A DNA stretch of 64,000 nucleotides. Source: Oscillospiraceae bacterium. GTDB taxonomy: Bacteria > Bacillota > Clostridia > Oscillospirales > Oscillospiraceae. The position numbers and the translations under genes were made by a program. Below, piece by piece: positions 17,914 to 26,700 of this stretch; the first letter of the stretch is position 1; every line of letters starts with the position of its first letter. Below the pieces are notes generated by a model that searched no databases, was not told where the DNA came from, and saw only the letters and a list, made by a program, of their open reading frames with translations. The DNA lies in assembly GCA_017435615.1 (NCBI GenBank), contig JAFSET010000034.1, positions 2,772 to 66,771 of the forward strand. Reading direction: 5' to 3'.

Positions 17914-18459
17914 TTATTTATTGTTATCGTGGCGAATCATTCCAACAAATATAGAGATCAAGGTAAGGCTTTCACAGATAATGGCCCCCCAGGAGCCTGC
18001 CGCGATATTGTAGATCAGCCATGCAGGAGAGCTGATCAGGCCGCATTTTCGTATTTGGGCAGACTCTTTGAGCCGATAGCCGATATTGAGTGCCAGCATG
18101 CCGATCACAGGCAACAGCTCAATGATCAGGTGAAATGCTGTCGGTTCTTTTCCAAACACGGTGAAATTTAAAATATACACGAAAATATAGGAGGCAATAA
18201 ATCCAACAAACCAGAAAATTCTGTCAGCTTTGACTTTATCCCCCAAATAGAATACCGCCGCACGAATTGCCGCGATCGCATTGAGAATTCCCCCAACGGT
18301 CGCGCCAAGCATCAGGAAATTCACTGAAAAAAGTATTGCGCCGACTAACTGTAAAATAATCACGGTTTCTTTCTTTTTCCATTGATAGGATATAATGTTA
18401 AACGCCATGGCGACCACACCAATGATTTGCGCAATAATCTCAATCGGCTTCATAAGCAT
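17914..18459 (-). CDS. YgjV-family inner membrane protein
   Basis: AQIIG, SYQ.K, WLIYN motifs with multiple TM helices. Confidence 0.8.
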   Translation of the reverse strand: MLMKPIEIIAQIIGVVAMAFNIISYQWKKKETVIILQLVGAILFSVNFLMLGATVGGILNAIAAIRAAVFYLGDKVKADRIFWFVGFIASYIFVYILNFTVFGKEPTAFHLIIELLPVIGMLALNIGYRLKESAQIRKCGLISSPAWLIYNIAAGSWGAIICESLTLISIFVGMIRHDNNK

Positions 18460-18490
18460 CTCCCTGAATTACTTTTTTACATTGTACAAT

Positions 18491-19405
18491 TTAGATATCA
18501 AGTTCTTTGATAACACGAAGGACGCCATCTATCTGCTCAACCTCAAAAATATGCGCACGTTCACAATTTTCCTGTTCCGGCGCGTGCAGGCACATACAGT
18601 GCCTTCCGTCACAGGCATCAAAGAACATTGCGTGACCGCCGTTTTTATCAAATAACGGTTTTTCCATATGTACCCACGGTCCTTTTATATCTCCGTTTTT
18701 GGAAATTACGCTTAATACAACATAGTTGTCATTCAGATACGGAGACCACGTAAGAATTAACGATCCGTCGGTAAGCTTTTGGACAAACGGCGCATCTGAG
18801 CCGTAACGCACACAGTTTTGATCATTGTACACTGTATGATGCGGCGTCGCCTTGGAGATCGGTGATTCATTTGATGCAAAAAGCACCCAAGGTTCACCTA
18901 CTATTTCGGAGAGATCTTCCCTCAATTGCGCAGCGCATATCTCACCAATATATGCATCTTCTACGGCAACATAATGATCCGGCCAGTCATGGGAGTAAAT
19001 GATATAAGGCACACCGTCCTGTACGTATAATGTACCGTCGATACAGCTCTGTTCTCCCGGCGTTATTGCACGATCCGTCAAAGGTACGAACGGGCCTAAT
19101 GGACTGTCTGATTGCAGAATATAATTCCCCAATAAACCGTTTTGCATTGTAAATGAAGCAAGCATATAGTATTGACCGTTGTATTTATGTACTTCAGGTG
19201 CCCAGTTTGCTCCATTGTTTAAGTTGTATTTTTCCGAATCAAAGCACGAAATCGGTTCGCTCCAGTTATCAAGGTCTGAGGATACATAGACATCAAATCC
19301 GCCGGTCCTTATGCCATAGTTTTCCGGTCGTGTTCCATACATATAATACTGACCGTTTTCAAACAAAACGAACGGATCGCGAATATGGATATCATAACGC
19401 TTCAT
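18491..19405 (-). CDS. Glycoside hydrolase family 43 protein (no signal peptide)
   Basis: IRDPFV, YYMYGT, WAPEVH, SPLGPF, CIDGTLY, GGHAMFF. Confidence 0.9.
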   Translation of the reverse strand: MKRYDIHIRDPFVLFENGQYYMYGTRPENYGIRTGGFDVYVSSDLDNWSEPISCFDSEKYNLNNGANWAPEVHKYNGQYYMLASFTMQNGLLGNYILQSDSPLGPFVPLTDRAITPGEQSCIDGTLYVQDGVPYIIYSHDWPDHYVAVEDAYIGEICAAQLREDLSEIVGEPWVLFASNESPISKATPHHTVYNDQNCVRYGSDAPFVQKLTDGSLILTWSPYLNDNYVVLSVISKNGDIKGPWVHMEKPLFDKNGGHAMFFDACDGRHCMCLHAPEQENCERAHIFEVEQIDGVLRVIKELDI

Positions 19406-19561
19406 AGCATTCCCCCCTTAAAAGCTTTTTTATTATACAACAGCCTGAAGTAAAAAACAAGATTAGATCCTGGGATGAAAATGTTTTTTCCTTGCTTCTA
19501 TGCTTTACTTTGGGCTGGAAATATTGTATCATTACTGTAAATCGAAAGGAGGTGCAGTACC

Positions 19562-21763
19562 GTGGCTGAACAGGAGCTTGAGATCCTGCAGGGGATCATT
19601 GCCGCTGTGGTCTATCAAAATTACGACAACGGCTATGCCGTACTGCGCCTGAATTGCGAATCCGGACAAACTGTCACCGTCGTTGGCACCATTCCCCTGC
19701 CCAGTGCCGGTGAACGGCTGATGGTCACCGGCAAATGGAGCAACCATTCCAACTACGGCCGTCAGTTTGAGGCGGAATTTTTGGAACGGCTGATGCCCCA
19801 AACTGCCCAGGACATCCTGACATACCTGTCCTCCCGGGTGGTCACCGGCATTGGACCCAAAACCGCTGCCCGGATCGTTCAAAAATTCGGTGACCAAACC
19901 CTGACCGTGATGGAGCGGGAGCCGCACCGTTTGGCAGAGGTCTCCGGTATTTCGGAAAACAAAGCCAGGATCATGGGCGAATCCTTCCGGCTGCAGGTTG
20001 GTATGCGGCAGCTTATGGAGTTTTTCGCCCTGCACCATCTGCCTGCGGAGCTGGCTGTCAAGACCTACAAGCTCTACGGCGAACAGGCCATCGAGCTTTT
20101 ATATGACGATCCCTATCTTTTGATGGATCAGGAGCTGGAAGCGCCCTTTGGCGCAGTAGACCGCTTCGCCATCGAACTGGGAATTGCCGCCGACGACCAC
20201 CGCCGCACAGAAGCCGGTGTGCTCTTTGAGCTGCAATACAATCTCACCGCCGGTCATGTATTTTTACCGCAGGACAAGCTGACTGCCGCTACGGCACAGC
20301 TTTTAAATATCGACACCGCTCCCATTACGGATGCCATTGAACGGCTTTTGGAATGTCAGAAGCTTGTCAGGGATCAGCTTGCAGGCATTACCGTTTTGTA
20401 TTTGGAGCAGCTTTACGAGGCAGAAGTATGCTGCTGCCGTCGGCTAAAGGAATTTGCCAAGACTGCCTATGAACCGCCAAGAGGCCTGGAAAAGAAGCTC
20501 TCTGCCGCCGCATCCGCCGGTCATGTGCAATATTCCGACACCCAGGCTCAGGCCATCCGTGCCGCGGCCACCTCGGGCCTTCTGATCATCACCGGCGGTC
20601 CCGGTACCGGTAAAACCACCATTTTACAGGGCGTTTTATCTCTGTACCGTCAAATGGATCTAAAAACCGTCCTCTGCGCTCCCACGGGTCGTGCAGCCAA
20701 GCGGCTGACCGAGGTCACAGGGCAAGAAGCCTCTACCATCCATCGGCTTTTAGAGGCCGGTATCGACCCACACAGCGGCAAGCTTGTCTTTGCCAGGGAC
20801 TGTCAAAATCCCCTGAAGGCGGATGCCGTGATCATCGACGAAATGTCTATGGTGGATCTGCAGCTTCTGCACAGTCTGTTTGAAGCCATCCGTCCCGGCA
20901 CAAGGCTGATCCTTGTGGGCGACCCGGATCAGCTTCCCCCTGTTGGACCGGGCTTTCCCTTCAGTGATATGCTCCGGGCCGGAACACTGCCGGCTGTTCG
21001 GCTGACAGAGATTTTCCGCCAAGCGCAACAAAGCCTGATCGTTATGAACGCCCACCGGGTCAATCAGGGTATTCTGCCTGAGCTCAGGAATGTAAAAAAC
21101 GACTTTTTCTTTCTGCCTGCCCGTTCTGAGGATGAAGCTGCCCAAACCATTGTAGGCTTGTGCGCCTCCAGGCTGCCCAAGAATATGGGTATCCCGGCCG
21201 AACAGATTCAGGTGCTGAGCCCCACAAAAAAAGGCGGGGCAGGCACTTCATCCCTCAACTGGCTTTTACAGCAGCAGTTAAATCCTCCCTCCCCCACCAA
21301 AAAAGAACGAAAATTCGGTGACTTCATTTTCCGTGAGGGTGACCGGATCATGCAGATCCGCAACAATTACGATATCCTGTGGAAAAAGGATGACGGAACC
21401 ATTGGCACCGGTATTTTCAACGGTGACGTAGGCATCATCCGTTCCATTGATCCGGAGGCTGAGACTCTGGATATCGTCTTTGATGACCGGCAGGCTGTCT
21501 ATGACTTTACACAGCTTAACGAGCTGGAACCGGCCTACGCTATGACCGTCCACAAAAGTCAGGGCAGTGAATACCGGGCTGTGGTGCTGTCCGCATGGGG
21601 TGGCTCCGCTTATCTGTTAAACCGCAGCATCCTCTACACAGCCATCACCCGGGCAAGATCCTTGCTGATCATTGTAGGCCGGGAGGATACCGTTGCCGCC
21701 ATGACAAATAATGCCAAGGTCAGCAGACGCTACACCGGCTTAAAGCTGCGGCTTCAGGAGTGA
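19562..21763 (+). CDS. recD2: RecD2 (RecD/TraA-family) helicase
   Basis: TGGPGTGKTT, APTGRAAKR, IIDEMSM, GDPDQLP, AYAMTVHKSQGSE. Confidence 0.95.
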   Translation: MAEQELEILQGIIAAVVYQNYDNGYAVLRLNCESGQTVTVVGTIPLPSAGERLMVTGKWSNHSNYGRQFEAEFLERLMPQTAQDILTYLSSRVVTGIGPKTAARIVQKFGDQTLTVMEREPHRLAEVSGISENKARIMGESFRLQVGMRQLMEFFALHHLPAELAVKTYKLYGEQAIELLYDDPYLLMDQELEAPFGAVDRFAIELGIAADDHRRTEAGVLFELQYNLTAGHVFLPQDKLTAATAQLLNIDTAPITDAIERLLECQKLVRDQLAGITVLYLEQLYEAEVCCCRRLKEFAKTAYEPPRGLEKKLSAAASAGHVQYSDTQAQAIRAAATSGLLIITGGPGTGKTTILQGVLSLYRQMDLKTVLCAPTGRAAKRLTEVTGQEASTIHRLLEAGIDPHSGKLVFARDCQNPLKADAVIIDEMSMVDLQLLHSLFEAIRPGTRLILVGDPDQLPPVGPGFPFSDMLRAGTLPAVRLTEIFRQAQQSLIVMNAHRVNQGILPELRNVKNDFFFLPARSEDEAAQTIVGLCASRLPKNMGIPAEQIQVLSPTKKGGAGTSSLNWLLQQQLNPPSPTKKERKFGDFIFREGDRIMQIRNNYDILWKKDDGTIGTGIFNGDVGIIRSIDPEAETLDIVFDDRQAVYDFTQLNELEPAYAMTVHKSQGSEYRAVVLSAWGGSAYLLNRSILYTAITRARSLLIIVGREDTVAAMTNNAKVSRRYTGLKLRLQE

Positions 21764-22434
21764 GCGGCATGCTGAAGGAAAAGCTCCTGAATTTACTGTT
21801 TCCGCCCAAGTGCGTGCTGTGCAGCCGTGTGCTGTCCGACGAACAGACTGACCTGTGTCATAGCTGCAGACAGGACACGGATGAATTCACAAAATCCAAA
21901 AAGAAATTTTCTTTTGTTGCAGGTTGGACCAGCCTGTGGTATTATACAGGTAATGTTCGACACAGCATGCTGCTGTATAAGTTCTATCGACGCCGCAGCT
22001 ACGGTCCGATCTACGGCCGTCTGCTTGCTATGAAGCTGCACGCCAAGCCTCTGTGCAGCTACGATGTTCTGACCTGGGTGCCTGTCAGCAGATTTCGGCT
22101 GATGCAGCGCGGTTATGATCAGGTAGAGCTGATCGCCCATTCCTTAGGACAGGAGCTTGGTACGCCTGCCATACCGGTTTTAACCAAGCAGCGTCACACC
22201 AAGCCCCAATCCCGGCTGAACACCCCGGAACGGCGCAGAGCCAACATCCTCGGTGCCTTCCGGGTAAACGACATTACGTCCATCCAGGGCAAGACCGTCC
22301 TGCTGATCGACGACATTATTACCACCGGCTCCACCATTTCCGAATGTGCCCGGGTGCTCCTGACTGCTGGAGCCAAAGCAGTATACTGTGCCGCGGTAGC
22401 GGTTCCACACGATAAAAAAGAAAAACGCAGGTGA
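21760..22434 (+). CDS. comF: ComF-family phosphoribosyltransferase-like protein
   Basis: LFPPKCVLC zinc motif, RGYDQ, LIDDIITTGST. Confidence 0.88.
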   Translation: MSGMLKEKLLNLLFPPKCVLCSRVLSDEQTDLCHSCRQDTDEFTKSKKKFSFVAGWTSLWYYTGNVRHSMLLYKFYRRRSYGPIYGRLLAMKLHAKPLCSYDVLTWVPVSRFRLMQRGYDQVELIAHSLGQELGTPAIPVLTKQRHTKPQSRLNTPERRRANILGAFRVNDITSIQGKTVLLIDDIITTGSTISECARVLLTAGAKAVYCAAVAVPHDKKEKRR

Positions 22435-23477
22435 CGAATATGCAATTTTTTTCTCACGACCTGGGCATTGACCTGGGTACCTCCAATGTGCTGATCTATG
22501 TAGACGGCAGCGGTGTTGTCATCCGGGAGCCCTCTGTGGTTGCCGTAGACAAAAACACCGGCCGTATTCTGCAGGTTGGCTCTGCCGCCCGGAATATGCT
22601 GGGACGTACTCCCGGCAACGTGGTTGCCATGCACCCACTGAAGGATGGCGTGATCTCCGACCACGAAATGACCGTGAAGATGCTGCAGCATCTGTTCCGG
22701 GCCTCCTCCAAATCCACACTGTTTACCCCCAAGCCCCGTGTGGTGATCTGCGTTCCCAGCGGCGTGACCGAAGTGGAGGAACGCACCGTGATCAATGCGG
22801 CTATTGAAGCCGGCGCACGCCGTGTCTACCTGATGGAAGAGCCTCTGGCTGCCGCAATGGGTGCCAATTTGGACATTGGCGGCCCCAACGGTCACATGGT
22901 GGTGGATATCGGTGGCGGCACAACAGATATTGCTGTGCTGACTATGAACGGTGTGGCGGTGTCCTCCTCCATCAAAATCGCCGGTATTGCCATGGACGAT
23001 GCCATCGTCAAGCATGTTCGCCGGAAGCACGGCGTGATCATCGGCTCCACCATTGCAGAGGACCTGAAAATTCAAATTGGCTGTGTATACCCTCGTCAGG
23101 AGGATGCGGCTATGACCGTCAAGGGCCGGGACGCCAAGACCGGTATGCCACGGGAGCTGACACTGACCTCCTCTGAGCTTTTCGAACCCCTGCGCCGCCC
23201 CGCCAGGATCATTGCCGACGAGGTTCTGTCCGTCCTGGAGGACGCCTCCGCAGAGCTTGTCAGTGACATCGCCGAAAACGGCATCACCCTCACCGGCGGC
23301 GGCAGCCAGATCTGGGGCATGCCCCAATTGCTCACCGAACGCACAGGCATTGCCTGCTCCGTAGCAGATGATCCGGCCTCCTGCGTGGTCTACGGCTGCG
23401 GCAAGAGTCTTGCCTGGATCAACCGCATGACCGAAGGTCCCATCAACATTGCCCGCAAACGCCTGCTCAAAGGCTGA
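22431..23477 (+). CDS. mreB: MreB/Mbl-family rod shape protein
   Basis: GIDLGTSN, EPSVVA, VDIGGGTT, LTGGGS. Confidence 0.92.
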   Translation: MTNMQFFSHDLGIDLGTSNVLIYVDGSGVVIREPSVVAVDKNTGRILQVGSAARNMLGRTPGNVVAMHPLKDGVISDHEMTVKMLQHLFRASSKSTLFTPKPRVVICVPSGVTEVEERTVINAAIEAGARRVYLMEEPLAAAMGANLDIGGPNGHMVVDIGGGTTDIAVLTMNGVAVSSSIKIAGIAMDDAIVKHVRRKHGVIIGSTIAEDLKIQIGCVYPRQEDAAMTVKGRDAKTGMPRELTLTSSELFEPLRRPARIIADEVLSVLEDASAELVSDIAENGITLTGGGSQIWGMPQLLTERTGIACSVADDPASCVVYGCGKSLAWINRMTEGPINIARKRLLKG

Positions 23478-23513
23478 TATACGACAAAGTGGCGCCGCAA
23501 AAGCGGCGCCACT

Positions 23514-23699
23514 TAGCGTGTCACAAAAGTATCTTTTCCCCAAAGGCGTGTCATTCCGAGGAGCGAAGCGACGTGGGAATCCGTTCCTTAAAAAATCTGT
23601 TTTGCATAAAAAACAAGTAAAATTAGAACTTTTTAAGAAACGGATTGCCACGCCACGCAAGCGAACTGGCTCGCAATGACAGGTTTTTTCGACAGTTTA
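23514..23699. mobile_element. MITE copy 1 (186 bp) flanked by a 26-bp direct repeat of a hairpin
   Basis: Direct repeats AGTGGCGCCGCAAAAGCGGCGCCACT at 23488-23513 and 23700-23725; imperfect TIRs TAGCGTGTC/GACAGTTTA; homologous to 55154-55338. Confidence 0.85.
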
Positions 23700-23735
23700 A
23701 GTGGCGCCGCAAAAGCGGCGCCACTGTTGTTTTGC

Positions 23736-26700
23736 TCAGACGGCTGTGCGAAGCTCCTTCGCAGCCAGGTGATAGTTATAAAGTGCTTTCAGCAGTGCCT
23801 TCAGGCTGTCACTGCCCTTTGCGTTCATACGGACAATATAATTCATGGGGCCGTAGGTTACGCTCACAGCACTGCCATCGGCATCGGTTACTGTCAGTGT
23901 CAACTGCTGATCCATATCCTGGGGCAGAATGTCTGCGATCTCCACATAGTATTTACCATCCTTTTCAGCAGCAGTATAGCTGTTGCCGTTGGCATCGGTG
24001 AAGGTGCAGCCACTAATGTCACCGGAGAAATAGAACCGCACCGCGATCTTATCACGGTAGACCATAGCCGCGCCATAGAAGCCCACAGTCTCGGAAGCGT
24101 CAGTGACAACCATTTCATCAGCGGCCTCCGGGATGCTTGCTTCGCCTGCGTCTGCAATGTCAGCATTGGCCATATTTTCCGTATTGTATTGGAAATAGGT
24201 CTGTGCCGCGCCGCCATAATTCAGCATTTCCCTGATCAGTGCGTGATAGGCACTCAGCTCGCTGTCAGCCAGGACTGCATTGGCGTACTGACGGACAGTA
24301 TAGCTTTCCGCCTCCGCGTCACTGCCCACGATCTGAACTGTGATGGCCTCTGTCATCTGTGCCGCAGACACACGGACCGGAACGATGTACTTGCCATCGT
24401 CGGCCACTTGCAGATCAGATGTGGCATAGGTGACCGTCTCGCCGGCAAAGCTGACCTGGACCTGTGCGCCTTCTTCCGCATTGACGTAGAAGTTGACCAG
24501 CAGATCATCATCCAGCACCAAATTCCAGCGGTCCACTACGCTTTCAGGCTCCTCGGGGAACTGCACGGTTCTCATGCAGTACATCCAGGCGTTGTCAGCA
24601 TTGTAGCTGCCGGAGATGTGGAAGGTATAGATGCCGGCACCGTTACCGTAGACATCATAGAACAGAATCAGGTCCTCGGTCAGGGGGTAGTAGCCGTTTG
24701 CATCCATAACCTTTTCGTATTCCAAAACCGCGTTGCCAATGTCATATTTGACTTGGTTGCCGTCTTCATCGGTGGTGTAGGCGTACATCACCGGACGGTC
24801 ACTCTGCAAAGCAGCGGACAGGATGATATCCTGATAATCCAGATCCACCAGGATGATATCACCGTCAGCACTATTCAGGTGATAATAGCCATCCTCACCC
24901 AAAACAGCGGTGAACACTTCCTCAGAGGTCACATCGATATAGCTGCCCAGCTTGGAGCCTTCCGGCAGAGTAAAGGCAGACAAGGGTGCCTTATTTTCAT
25001 AAACAACGGTGGGAATCACGACCACCTCATACTCTCCGGTCTTTTCAACATTCAGGTTGAAGCTGCCTTCTGCGCCGGATACGCCGATATACGCACTCTG
25101 GCCAACGCCGGTGCAGGTCCATTCATAGGTATTGGTGGTGCTGCCCGGGTCACTCAGGAACCAAGAGCCAGCGCCCCAGTAGCCCAGGATTGCGCCTGCA
25201 GGAGCAGTAAAGGTGTAAACGCCCATTTCGGCAGGCTCAAAGACATAGATGGTGGTCACGGCGGTTTCCAGCAGGGTCAGGGTGTTGTTGCCCAGGACCA
25301 AAGCAGTCTCGGAAACCTCGTATTCTGCCATTTCCACCTCGCCGCCTGTTTCAGCAGGCTGGAAGGTCAGTGTATAGGTCAGGTTTGCGGAAACTTCATC
25401 CCAGCTTGCGGAATTGAAGCCCACAGCACGGAAGGTGTAGGTCTCACCGGCAGTCAGCATATATTCGACAGACATTTCCGTTTTTCCGCTCTTGGGCAGA
25501 CCTACGGTCTCTCCGGAGGAATTGGAAACTGTAAATCTCCATCCCGGGGTGGCCGCGCCCATGGTGACGGTCAAAGTACCGTCTGCCTCAGCAGTCCATG
25601 TGTAGATAATGGGCTCTGCCGCAGTAGCCGCAACATTGGTGCCGCTGGTAATCACACCGGATACAGGCTCCGTGGTTTCCGGCTCACTGGGCTGTTCCTC
25701 GGAAGGCTCGGGCTCAGACGGCTCGGTCACAGTGGGCTCGGGCTCGGTGGGCTCGGGCTCGGTGGGCTCGGGCTCTGTAGGCTCGGTTTCCGTGGGTTCC
25801 GGCTCGGTAGGCTCGGTTTCCGTGGGTTCCGGCTCAGTGGGCTCGGGCTCTTCCGGAACCGCATTAGGATCGTAAACCTTCCACAGATAAACTGCATCCT
25901 CGTTTTCCTGCAGCTCACAGCCAGAGGCAACATAGGTGGTGTTGATCTGTGTGGTGAAGTAGCCACCGGAAATCTTGCCGTTTAATCCACTGCCGCTGAT
26001 TGCGCCGTTGAAATAACCGTCCGTGATTTTCATAGTAGCGGTGCTTGCAGCGTACAAAGCATACTTGAAGCTGCCGGTTGTCAACTGGATGATCTCGCCG
26101 CCGGAAATTGTAACAGCAGAATCGGCCAATGCGTTGATGCCGTAGTTGTTGCCGCTTACTGTGCCGCCCTGCATCTCAAAACTTGCGGCAGCCCACACCT
26201 TAGCACCCTGGACACCTTGCGCGTTACCGCTGAGCATGGTCACAGAGCCAGAATAGACCTCGATACCAAAGCCGGTGGAAGTATTCTGCAGCAGTCCGCT
26301 GCCATCAGCAGACGTGTCCACCAGGATTACATTGCCGCCATCGACATACAAACAGCCTGCGCCCTTGAATTCGCTGGTAATGGTACAACCGTTGAGGTCA
26401 AGCGTAATATTGCCGTTGTAAACATCAACGGTGTAACTGCTGCCCAGTGTCATATCCTGATAGAACTTGACATAGGCAGAACCTGTGATCTTTTTCAGGT
26501 TCTGATTCAGAGCAGAACCGCTGGAGCTGCTGTAATATGTCGTATTGCCGTCAACGGTGATGCTGTAATAGGTACCGGCAGGAACATCTTCGTCGGGGAT
26601 GGAAGGAACAGTGGGTTCCGGCTCAGTGGGCTCCGGATCGGTAGGCTCTGTGACCTCAGGCTCGGTCACTTCAGGCTCAGTAGGCTGAACATCTGTTTCT

